Assembly: GCA_964553625.1 (NCBI GenBank) | Contig: CAZKKZ010000004.1 | Span: 149-64,148 of the forward strand | Reading direction: 5' to 3' | DNA from: an uncultured Ruminiclostridium sp. | GTDB taxonomy: Bacteria > Bacillota > Clostridia > Oscillospirales > Ruminococcaceae | Length of the DNA stretch: 64,000 bases | In this document: piece after piece, positions 28,501 to 36,720 of the stretch | Numbering within the stretch: the first letter of the stretch is position 1 | Layout: the number at the start of each line of letters is the position of its first letter | Notes under the pieces: generated by a model | What the model saw: the letters and a program-made list of their open reading frames with translations, nothing else | Told to the model about the DNA's origin: nothing | The model's database searches: none | Position numbers and translations under genes: made by a program

Positions 28501-29159
28501 TCCGCCCGCTCCTTTCGCACGAGCGCCTGATCCGTCACCTCGTCGGGAGACAGGATCACTTCGCTCTGCTCGCTTAAACCGTTTACGATCTCCGTTTCGC
28601 CCGAAAGCTCTACCCCCGTTTCGATCCTCCGCAAAACGGCTTTATTCTCCGAAAAAACATAAACGTACTCCCCCTCTCCGTCCTGTCGGATCGCCTCATA
28701 CGGAATCGTGCGCAGAAGCCGCGTCTCTCCCTCGTAGATACTCCCCTCGGCGGAATAGCCGCTCCGCAATTCCGCGTGATCCCCGTTTAATTTTATAATG
28801 ACGCGAACCGCCGTTCTGCCGTTTTCGCTGTACGCCTCGTCCGCGATCCCGGCGACCTCTCCCCCGATCGGTTCGGGAAACGCCGCGCCGCTGATCTCGG
28901 CGGACTGTCCGACCGCTACGCCGGCAATATCGCTTTCGTCAACACCCGCCGCCACGTACCATTCCCCATCCTCGGAATAAACGCTTCCGCGGATCGGAAC
29001 CGATTCCCGAAACTCGACGCGGCTCATCCGAACCGTCTCCACCTCCGTCAGCGCGTCCGTCACATGACGGTCCATCGTCAGGCAGGCGTAAACCCCAAGC
29101 CCGACGATCAGGACAAGGATCAGCGCCTTCACGGTAAAATATGTTTTTTGTTTTTCCAT
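28497..29159 (-). CDS. short HlyD/efflux periplasmic adaptor-like protein
   Basis: 220 aa. N-terminal membrane anchor plus barrel-like regions resembling membrane-fusion proteins. It appears to lack a long coiled-coil hairpin. ATGA overlap with the permease gene. Confidence 0.7.
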   Translation of the reverse strand: MEKQKTYFTVKALILVLIVGLGVYACLTMDRHVTDALTEVETVRMSRVEFRESVPIRGSVYSEDGEWYVAAGVDESDIAGVAVGQSAEISGAAFPEPIGGEVAGIADEAYSENGRTAVRVIIKLNGDHAELRSGYSAEGSIYEGETRLLRTIPYEAIRQDGEGEYVYVFSENKAVLRRIETGVELSGETEIVNGLSEQSEVILSPDEVTDQALVRKERAE

Positions 29160-29299
29160 TTTATATCAGCTCTCTTTCCGTATTCTTTTGAGATTTCCTC
29201 GGATTTATCGTTTGCCGATTTTGCAAAAATATAAACGAATAATTAAAAAATTTTTCCGTAAGATATTTTTACACATCAAAAACGGAAAGGAAGCGTGTC

Positions 29300-29452
29300 A
29301 TGAATTTCATTGTATGCAGCAGAAACTGCCGCCACCAGAAGGACGGCTATTGCTGTCTTGAAGGAAGAGCGGTCATCACAAACGCGGTCGCGTCGCCGTG
29401 CTGTTATTACGAGGAAAAAGACGGCGGGGAAAAACGGGAAAAAAGCAAGTAA
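29300..29452 (+). CDS. small Cys-rich hypothetical protein (50 aa)
   Basis: My own translation gives MNFIVCSRNCRHQKDGYCCLEGRAVITNAVASPCCYYEEKDGGEKREKSK. RBS GGAAAGGAAG lies upstream. The ORF is below the track size cutoff. It ends 35-47 nt upstream of the ABC ATPase gene (TTG 29488 or ATG 29500). Confidence 0.5.
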   Translation: MNFIVCSRNCRHQKDGYCCLEGRAVITNAVASPCCYYEEKDGGEKREKSK

Positions 29453-29487
29453 GCCGATCCTCTCCCAAGAAAGGAATGATCTGAACA

Positions 29488-30171
29488 TTGACAGACGCTA
29501 TGATTAAAACGGAAAAGCTCTCAAAACGGTACCGGACGGGCGGTGAGATCGTTCACGCCCTTTCGGACGCCACGCTGACCGTAAGGCGGGGAGAATTCGT
29601 CGCCATTACGGGCGAAAGCGGCTCGGGAAAAACCACGCTGATGAACCTGCTCGGCTGTCTCGACACCGCGACCTCGGGAGAATACTATCTCGACGGCGAA
29701 AACGTTTCCCGCTTATGTCCCGGACGGCGGACATGGCTTCGGAACCGGAAGATCGCTTTTGTTTTTCAGGGGTTTAACCTTCTTCCTGGGCTGACCGCCG
29801 CCGAAAACGCCGCATTGCCGCTGATCTATCGGGGAATTTCCCGCCGCGCCGGTCTGGAACGGGCGGAGGAGGCGCTCGCGGCGGTCGGGCTTTCCATGCG
29901 CTCGTCGCATAAGCCGACCGAGCTTTCCGGCGGACAGCAGCAGCGCGTCGCGATCGCGCGGGCGATCGCCGCGGACACGCCGGTGATTCTGGCGGACGAG
30001 CCCTGCGGAAGTCTCGATACACGCTCGGGAAGCCGTATCATGGAGCTTCTTCACGAGGAAAACCGCCGCGGAAAAACCGTCGTTCTCATTACCCATGATC
30101 CCGCGGCAGCGAAAACCGCGGATCGGATCATTTACGTCTCGGACGGAAGGGTCGGCAATGTTCCAACATAA
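29488..30171 (+). CDS. ABC transporter ATP-binding protein (MacB/LolD-type)
   Basis: Walker [10 protein letters not shown], signature LSGGQQQR, Walker B ILADEP. The start is either TTG at 29488 or ATG at 29500 ([11 protein letters not shown]). Confidence 0.93.
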   Translation: MTDAMIKTEKLSKRYRTGGEIVHALSDATLTVRRGEFVAITGESGSGKTTLMNLLGCLDTATSGEYYLDGENVSRLCPGRRTWLRNRKIAFVFQGFNLLPGLTAAENAALPLIYRGISRRAGLERAEEALAAVGLSMRSSHKPTELSGGQQQRVAIARAIAADTPVILADEPCGSLDTRSGSRIMELLHEENRRGKTVVLITHDPAAAKTADRIIYVSDGRVGNVPT

Positions 30172-30241
30172 AAGAAGAACCTTTTGTGCATTTGGCTGCA
30201 ATTCCGCTTTTTTGGTTCCTCATTTTTGTTGATTCCGACTG

Positions 30242-30272
30242 TTGACTCCTACGCTGCGTCATCGTTTATAAT
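30242..30272 (+). promoter_or_regulatory. MerR-type promoter with 19-bp spacer (TTGACT-19-TATAAT)
   Basis: TTGACTcctacgctgcgtcatcgttTATAAT. The over-long 19-bp spacer is the hallmark of MerR-family-controlled promoters. It sits just upstream of the merR-like gene. Confidence 0.55.
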
Positions 30273-30298
30273 AAAACTACCGTAAGGAGGCGGAGCGT

Positions 30299-31030
30299 AT
30301 GATGACGGTAAAAGAGGTCGCTAAACGGACGGGGGTGAGTATACGCACCCTGCAGTATTACGATAAGATCGGGCTTTTACGCCCCTCGGGATATACGGAA
30401 GCCGGGTACAGGCTGTATGACGATACGGCGCTGGAAACGCTTCAGCAGATCTTATTGTACCGGGCGCTGGAATTCCCGCTGAAGGACATCGGGGCGATCC
30501 TGAGCAATCCGGACTTTGACCGAAGCAAAGCCTTGGAACAGCAGATTGTCCTTCTGACCTTAAAAAAGGAACATCTCGAAAACCTGATCCGTCTCGCTTA
30601 CGGAATCAAAACGTTTGGAGTGAATCAATTGGACTTTACGGCATTTGACACAAGCAAAATCGACGAATACGCCGCCCGGGCGAAGGCGTCGTGGGGCGCC
30701 GCCCCCGAATACCTCGAATTTGAGGAAAAAGCCAAAAACAGAACGGCGGAGGAAAACAACGTCATCGCCGCGCAGATGATGTCGATCTTCGGCGAATTCG
30801 GCGCGATGCGCGGGCTTTCTCCCGATTCCGAGGAGGTACAGAAGCAGGTAAAAAAATTGCAGGATTTTATCACGGAACACTTTTACCGCTGCGGCGGCGA
30901 AATCCTGTACAATCTCGGAAGTTTGTACGCGAGCGGCGGTGATTTCACCGACAACATCGACAAGGCGGGAGGAAAAGGCACGGCGGAATTTGTTTTCCGC
31001 GCGATCGGAATTTACTGCAAAAAAGAATAA
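30299..31030 (+). CDS. MerR family transcriptional regulator with TipAS-like C-terminal domain
   Basis: 243 aa. N-terminal HTH MTVKEVAKRTGVSIRTLQYYDKIGLLRPS. Confidence 0.88.
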   Translation: MMTVKEVAKRTGVSIRTLQYYDKIGLLRPSGYTEAGYRLYDDTALETLQQILLYRALEFPLKDIGAILSNPDFDRSKALEQQIVLLTLKKEHLENLIRLAYGIKTFGVNQLDFTAFDTSKIDEYAARAKASWGAAPEYLEFEEKAKNRTAEENNVIAAQMMSIFGEFGAMRGLSPDSEEVQKQVKKLQDFITEHFYRCGGEILYNLGSLYASGGDFTDNIDKAGGKGTAEFVFRAIGIYCKKE

Positions 31031-31088
31031 AATTTTTTGAAACCACCCAGCAAAACTCCTTTTTTCACACTTTACAGAGGAAAGGCAG

Positions 31089-32645
31089 GTGAGGACGATG
31101 AATTGCGAGATTTTGGAAAGCTATGTCGAAAGGGTCTACGGATACGCGGTCAGGCGCACCTTCTCCCGCGAGGAAGCGGACGAGCTGGCGCAGGAGATCT
31201 TATTTACCGCGGTGCGCGAACTGCCGAGGCTTCGGGACGAAAGCAAATTCGAGCCGTGGCTCTGGGGGATCGCGGGCAATGTGACCAAAAGCTTTCGGCG
31301 CAGTCTCGGGAAACAGCGCGCGATGTATTCCTACGACGTGCCGGAAAGCCTGTCCTATGAGGACGCGTATTTCGACGACCGGGAAGAAATATACGGCTCT
31401 CTGCGGACGAAAATCGCCATGCTTTCCGCGATCTACCGCGACGTCATCGTTCTTTACTACTACGACGGTCTTTCGACGAAAACCATCTCCGAAAAGCTGA
31501 AGATCCCGGAGGGCACCGTCCGCTGGCGGCTTACCGAGGCTCGGAGAAAACTGAAAAAGGAGTGTACCGAAATGGAAGAAACCGCTTTACGACCCGTGAA
31601 AATGGGACTGGGCATATACGGGAACGGGGATTATAACGGAAAAACGATCCCCTTCCCCAGCGCGTATATCAACGACGCGCTCTCGCAGAATATCCTGTAT
31701 TACTGCTATGAGCAGCCGAACGGCGTGGAGGAATTGGCGAAAATCTGCGGCGTTCCGGCGTACTACATTGAAGAGCGGATCGAAAATCTGCTGAACCGCG
31801 AGGCGGTGATCGAAATGCCCAAAGGAAAATACCGGACCGATTTTGTCATCTGGTCGGACAAGTACGGAATTTACTGCGAAGAAAACGCCGAACGGGCGCT
31901 CATGCCGATCATGGAAAGGCTGCTGGACGCGCTTTTCGGAATCGCCCGGGAAGCGGCGAAGATCGGTTTTCACAAAGCCGGAAAAAGCGAGACGGATCTG
32001 TTCTATCTTTACAGCGTAATGGCTTTTTCCTACGCGAGCGAGCATTACTGCAAGCTGCCCTTTCCTCGGTTCAAGAAGAAATACGACGGAAACGAATGGT
32101 GCTATCTCGGAAATATGGAAACCGGAAAGCACCGCAGGATCATGATCGGAATACAGTCCAGCGCCAATCGGGGCAGCCGCGGCAAATGCAGCCATACCGT
32201 ATATAACTCGATCGACGGGATTACATACCGTACGATGATGTATGACATTCACATTAACGCCTGCGAGGATATTTTGCTCGACGGCGTGACGGAGGATACC
32301 GAATCCGCGGCAAACGCCATTCAAGCCGGATATATCGTGAAAAAACCGGACGGAAGCTTTTTCGTAACGATCCCATTCTTCACAAAAGAACAGAAAGCGG
32401 AATTTGACGCGATCGCCGACAAATATCTCGCGCCGCTCATGCCGGAATATTCCGGGATCGCGGACGGGTTTATCGCGGGATACAAAAAGCTGTTTCCCGC
32501 GCACCTGAGCGACGACGCGGATCGCTTATGCCAGAATATGTTCATGGGACTATGCAAAACCGTGATCGAATACGCGCAAAAAACCGATCGGATCAAAATG
32601 CCCTCGCCGAATTGCACCTGCGATGTTCTGGTTCAATTTAAGTGA
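31089..32645 (+). CDS. ECF-type sigma-70 family factor fused to a ~350-aa C-terminal extension
   Basis: 518 aa. Region 2-like (EEADELAQEILFTAV...EPWLWGIA) and region 4 HTH (LSTKTISEKLKIPEGTVRWRLTEARRKL) occupy the first ~170 aa. The rest is soluble and unrecognised. The start is GTG at 31089 or ATG at 31098. Confidence 0.8.
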   Translation: MRTMNCEILESYVERVYGYAVRRTFSREEADELAQEILFTAVRELPRLRDESKFEPWLWGIAGNVTKSFRRSLGKQRAMYSYDVPESLSYEDAYFDDREEIYGSLRTKIAMLSAIYRDVIVLYYYDGLSTKTISEKLKIPEGTVRWRLTEARRKLKKECTEMEETALRPVKMGLGIYGNGDYNGKTIPFPSAYINDALSQNILYYCYEQPNGVEELAKICGVPAYYIEERIENLLNREAVIEMPKGKYRTDFVIWSDKYGIYCEENAERALMPIMERLLDALFGIAREAAKIGFHKAGKSETDLFYLYSVMAFSYASEHYCKLPFPRFKKKYDGNEWCYLGNMETGKHRRIMIGIQSSANRGSRGKCSHTVYNSIDGITYRTMMYDIHINACEDILLDGVTEDTESAANAIQAGYIVKKPDGSFFVTIPFFTKEQKAEFDAIADKYLAPLMPEYSGIADGFIAGYKKLFPAHLSDDADRLCQNMFMGLCKTVIEYAQKTDRIKMPSPNCTCDVLVQFK

Positions 32646-32657
32646 GCCGAAATATCG

Positions 32658-32692
32658 AACCGCCGGGAACGGAATGTTCCCGGCGGTTTTTT
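32658..32692 (+). terminator. rho-independent terminator after the sigma gene
   Basis: AACCGCCGGGAAC-ggaat-GTTCCCGGCGGTT followed by TTTTTCG. Confidence 0.85.
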
Positions 32693-32740
32693 CGCTGTGG
32701 AAATGATCGTTGAACCAACGCAGCCATCATGACTAAAATC

Positions 32741-33901
32741 TTATCCGTCCTTCAGTACATCTCCGCTCTCTTCCGCATCTATCGGCGAACCGTCAAAAGG
32801 ATTGAGATAATAGAAATAAAGCTCGCCGTTATCCTGTCCGCAGGAAACGACCGTTCTTACCGTATAATTATTTTTCGACCGGATCCCAAAGCCGTATTCT
32901 TCATAGACGTTATTTTCGTTCACGTACAAAATACCGGCCGAGGAAATGTCGTCCGCGTGGGGATTTTCGTCGGAATGAGCCGCGATCGCCGCGTTCATCA
33001 GCTCGGAGTGACTTAAAAAACCGAATACGGTATTGATGATGTCGTTGTTCTTTTCGGTTTTGTAATATTTTCCGTTATAGACGAAATAATCGAGCGCGCC
33101 GTTTGTGCCGAAGCTTTCAAAATGCGCCAGTTCATTCCCGTTTTTGTCGAAGAAGACGAGCCGATCCGTTTCGGCGGGCTGTTTCCCTCCGGCAAAAACC
33201 GCCGCTTGCTCGGCAGTCACGTTCTCGGGTTCAACAAAGGTATAGTTTAAATCCTTGATGTGTGCGATCAAATTTTTGATCTTCCCGGCGGACGTGATAA
33301 AACTGCTGTTGGTATTTCGGAAAGCGTTTACGCTAACCGAACCCGGAGTAAACCGTACATATGCCACTTTACTTTCGTCGAACGGAACATTCAGCTTTGT
33401 CACCGTTAGGGAAAAGCTCGACCGCTTTTTTCCGCAGATCGCGGTAATTTTTACCGTACCCTCTCGGATCCCCCGAACGATCCCGTCGCTCGAAACCGTC
33501 GCGACGCTCTCATCGGAGCTGCTCCATGTTCTTTCGCCGCTCCAGCCGACGAGACGCAATTTCAGACGATTGCCGACCATGACCCTGCTCGCTTCCCGGT
33601 CGATCCGATATTCGCTTACGGTAATTTTCGCCGTATATTTTTTCGATCCGTTCCGCGCCGTTACGACAGCGCTCCCTTTTTTTAATCCGCGTATCACGCC
33701 GTTATCAACGGAAACGACCGAACGATCGGATGCGCTCCACTTTACTTTCCCCGACGCTCCGTTCAAGATCAGGTAAAATTCCTCGCCGACGGCAAGCTTG
33801 ACCGTCGTTTTGTTCAGCCCGACCGAAGCGGCGGAAACGGGGATCGGAAACATTGCCGCGGCAAAGATCGCCGAGAGGATCACGGAGAATAATTTTTTCA
33901 T
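32741..33901 (-). CDS. secreted protein with two bacterial Ig-like (BIG2-type) domains and an unknown C-terminal domain
   Basis: 386 aa. Signal peptide MKKLFSVILSAIFAAAMFPIPVSAAS. Two repeats of the pattern W.SSD.SVA.V...G.V.G...G.A.ITA. Confidence 0.75.
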   Translation of the reverse strand: MKKLFSVILSAIFAAAMFPIPVSAASVGLNKTTVKLAVGEEFYLILNGASGKVKWSASDRSVVSVDNGVIRGLKKGSAVVTARNGSKKYTAKITVSEYRIDREASRVMVGNRLKLRLVGWSGERTWSSSDESVATVSSDGIVRGIREGTVKITAICGKKRSSFSLTVTKLNVPFDESKVAYVRFTPGSVSVNAFRNTNSSFITSAGKIKNLIAHIKDLNYTFVEPENVTAEQAAVFAGGKQPAETDRLVFFDKNGNELAHFESFGTNGALDYFVYNGKYYKTEKNNDIINTVFGFLSHSELMNAAIAAHSDENPHADDISSAGILYVNENNVYEEYGFGIRSKNNYTVRTVVSCGQDNGELYFYYLNPFDGSPIDAEESGDVLKDG

Positions 33902-33934
33902 GGTCTTAACTCCTTTTCTTGTGAAGACACATTC

Positions 33935-34399
33935 TCAGAGTTTACAAACGTCCACCCAGCCCGCGGGCTTCGCGTACCGCTCCAGCTCGGCAATTGAAAG
34001 TTCAATCGCGCTGTTCGAGCTTCCGCAGGCGGGGAAAACCGTCCCGAACCGCTTCAGCGATTCGTCGAGATAAACCGTCACGCCCGCGTTTACCGCGAAC
34101 GGGCAAACGCCGCCCACCGCGTAGCCGATTTGCTCCGCAACCTCCTCGTGAGAAAGCATTTTTGCTTTTGTCCCGAAGCGGGCTTTGTATTTTGGATTGT
34201 CGATCCTCGCGTCGCCCGCCGCGACCACAAGGATCGGCTCGCCGTTCACCGTGAACGAGAGCGTTTTCGCGATCCGCGCCGCCTCGCAGTGAAGGGCCTC
34301 CGCCGCAAGCGCGACCGTCGCGCTCGAAACCTCAAACTCACGGATCCGATCCGCGATCCCGAACGATGAAAAATATTCCCTGACCTTTTCGACAGACAT
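33935..34399 (-). CDS. YbaK/EbsC-type aminoacyl-tRNA deacylase domain protein
   Basis: MSVEKVREYFSSFGIADRI... with a YbaK-like core (GGVCPF). Start set at 34399. The track ORF extends to 34450. Confidence 0.75.
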   Translation of the reverse strand: MSVEKVREYFSSFGIADRIREFEVSSATVALAAEALHCEAARIAKTLSFTVNGEPILVVAAGDARIDNPKYKARFGTKAKMLSHEEVAEQIGYAVGGVCPFAVNAGVTVYLDESLKRFGTVFPACGSSNSAIELSIAELERYAKPAGWVDVCKL

Positions 34400-34685
34400 T
34401 TTTAATTGTTCCTTTCTTGATGTCAATGTAACCGTTTTTCCCGGCGTCAAACAATTCTTCGGAGATCCCTCCGGAATTCAAGTCTCCTTTTTTCCACATT
34501 TTATCACGGAACGTCCCGAAAGTCAAGACCGCCGTTCTTTCCTTATAAAATATCCGCTTTACGGCGAAGCCGAAAAACAGCCGTAAAAGCCCGATCCGAC
34601 GATGATATACCCCCGAAGCCTGTCGGAATTACCGAAAGAAAAGCCGCATACGGCACAAAAAAATTTAAAAACTCGCCAAAATACG

Positions 34686-34714
34686 TTGACTTTCCAAAAA
34701 GTATATGCTATAAT
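34686..34714 (+). promoter_or_regulatory. sigma-70 promoter (TTGACT-17-TATAAT)
   Basis: TTGACTttccaaaaagtatatgcTATAAT, upstream of the MarR gene. Confidence 0.65.
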
Positions 34715-34819
34715 AACATGGAGGTAAAGGTTTTTACGACAAAATACTTTCAGCAGGTTTCAGTTTTTTCATTTCAAACCACATTCCGTATTTCAATACG
34801 GTCAAAAGGAGACTTATCT

Positions 34820-35296
34820 ATGGGAAATTTTGAAAATGAGATCACAAGACTTTTGCGTCAGCTCAACCACAATGTAATGAAGCTTGAAAAATATTCGATC
34901 CAGAGCGACCGTAACCTCAACCTAACGCAAAACGAGATTCATCTGCTCGAATGCATCAAGCTCTCTACAAAATCGGGAAACGGACCGACCATCAGCGCGA
35001 TCGCCGCTCAGCTTGACATCACAAGACCTTCGACAACGGTCGCCGTTAATAAGCGGGTCGCACAGAAATATGCCGAAAAGAGTCCCTGCGAGGGAGACGG
35101 GCGCTCCGTCAGAGTAAAGCTGACCCAAAAGGGAGATAAGGCGTATAACTCTCTGAAAAAGCACTATTCCTCTCTTTCCGAAGCCGTCACAAGCTATTTC
35201 AACGAGAAGGAATGCGCTCAGATCGCCGATTCGGTTGACAAGCTGAATAAGTTTTTTGAAGAAAAGCTCGGAGAAAAAGAAAACGAGGAAGATTAA
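34820..35296 (+). CDS. MarR family transcriptional regulator
   Basis: Winged-helix region (LTQNEIHLLECI...ISAIAAQLDITRPSTTVAVNK). Start at MGNFENE (34820), preceded by AAAGGAGA. Confidence 0.85.
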   Translation: MGNFENEITRLLRQLNHNVMKLEKYSIQSDRNLNLTQNEIHLLECIKLSTKSGNGPTISAIAAQLDITRPSTTVAVNKRVAQKYAEKSPCEGDGRSVRVKLTQKGDKAYNSLKKHYSSLSEAVTSYFNEKECAQIADSVDKLNKFFEEKLGEKENEED

Positions 35297-35633
35297 AAAA
35301 CAGACCCGGGAGCAGAGAAATTAACCTTTCGCTGAAATTCTTGCCTTTATTTATCATGAAAAATGATTACCGAAAGTCATAGCCGTAGGCGGTTCCGGAG
35401 CGAAAGCCGGTTCGGATTTACGGAACTTGTTAAAAAACCTTTTGGGGATTTTTCCGCGTGAAAAATCCCCACACTCTTGTCCGAAAATTATAAGAACATA
35501 TTCTCATAGGAAAAGCGTTCTCTTTTCGTACACTGATCCTATGAGAACAAATTCTAAAAACGTGTAAAACAAAAGACCGGTCCGGGGAAAACCCCATGCC
35601 GGTTTCCCGCAAAAGGAAGGAAGGACTATCAAT

Positions 35634-36665
35634 ATGGGAATGGTGTTTAACCGAAAGCTTCCGATCCCGAAGGAGATCAAGGAGCTTTACCCGCTTACCG
35701 CTAAGGTCGCGGAAATCAAGGAAAAAAAGGATCGGGAGCTTCGGGAAATTTTCGAGGGAAAGGATAAGCGTCTGCTCCTGATTATCGGGCCCTGCTCCGC
35801 GGACAAGGAAGAGCCCGTTCTCGAATATATCAACCGCTTAGCGCCCGTACAGGAAAAGGTCAAGGACAAAATCTTTATCGTGCCGCGCGTTTATACCGGA
35901 AAACCGCGCACGACCGGCGAGGGCTATAAGGGAATGATCCACCAGCCCGACCCCACCAAAAAAGAAGATATGCTCGAGGGAATCATTCATGTCCGCTCTC
36001 TCCATACGAAGGCGATCGAACAGTCGGGGCTTGTCTGCGCGGACGAAATGCTTTATCCCGAAAATTACCGTTACTTAAACGATATTCTCTCTTATGTCGC
36101 GGTCGGCGCACGGTCGGTCGAAAATCAGCAGCACCGCCTTGTCGCGAGCGGCATGGATATTCCCTGCGGCATGAAAAATCCGACCAGCGGCGGCTATTCG
36201 GTCATGCTGAATTCCATTACGGCGGCGCAAGCGGGTCATATGTTCCTGTACCGCGGCTGGGAGGTCGTTTCCTCGGGAAACCCTTACGCACACGCGATCC
36301 TCCGCGGCTATGTCAATAAGCACGGACAAGCGCTCCCGAATTATCACTATGAAGACTTAAAGCTGCTCCACGAATTATACGCCGAAAAGGATCTCGCGAA
36401 CCGTTCGGTCATCGTGGACTGTAACCACTCCAATTCCGGAAAGCAGTATCTGGAGCAGATCCGGATCGCGAAGGAGGTCATCTTCAGCAAGCGGCATGAC
36501 GCCGATCTTTCGGGATTCATCAAAGGACTGATGATCGAGAGCTATCTAGAGGACGGCTGTCAGAAGCCCGAGGAAGGCGTTTACGGGAAGTCGATCACCG
36601 ATCCCTGCCTCGGCTGGGAAAAGACCGAAAAGCTGATCTATGAGATCGCGGATACGCTTGATTAA
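35634..36665 (+). CDS. aroG: 3-deoxy-7-phosphoheptulonate (DAHP) synthase, class I AroF/G/H type
   Basis: 343 aa. KDKRLLLIIGPCSA ... PRVYTGKPRTT ... typical of class I-alpha DAHP synthases. Confidence 0.9.
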   Translation: MGMVFNRKLPIPKEIKELYPLTAKVAEIKEKKDRELREIFEGKDKRLLLIIGPCSADKEEPVLEYINRLAPVQEKVKDKIFIVPRVYTGKPRTTGEGYKGMIHQPDPTKKEDMLEGIIHVRSLHTKAIEQSGLVCADEMLYPENYRYLNDILSYVAVGARSVENQQHRLVASGMDIPCGMKNPTSGGYSVMLNSITAAQAGHMFLYRGWEVVSSGNPYAHAILRGYVNKHGQALPNYHYEDLKLLHELYAEKDLANRSVIVDCNHSNSGKQYLEQIRIAKEVIFSKRHDADLSGFIKGLMIESYLEDGCQKPEEGVYGKSITDPCLGWEKTEKLIYEIADTLD

Positions 36666-36684
36666 AGGAAACGAATCAATCAAA

Positions 36685-36719
36685 ACAGCCCGGTCAACGC
36701 CGACCGGGCTGTTTTATTT
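36685..36719. terminator. bidirectional rho-independent terminator
   Basis: AAAACAGCCCGGTCaacgccGACCGGGCTGTTTTATTT, between convergent genes. Confidence 0.85.
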
Positions 36720-36720
36720 C

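Noticed and set aside
29276-29488. 70-aa minus-strand ORF and 65-aa plus-strand ORF (29310..29507) overlapping the small Cys-rich ORF.
   Set aside because: Neither has a convincing RBS. The 29300..29452 frame has an ATG, an RBS and the local codon bias, so I preferred it. All three remain unverified.
35380-35440. GCGAAAGCCGGTTCGGATTTACGGAACTTGTTAA resembles the right end of the MITE (GCGAAGCCGGTCATTGTGCGGTGTTGCCTTAA).
   Set aside because: Identity is low, there is no matching left end, and I cannot support it without an alignment tool.
35430-35612. 60-aa minus-strand ORF in the DAHP synthase upstream region.
   Set aside because: It has no RBS, lies across hairpin-forming leader sequence and is probably spurious.
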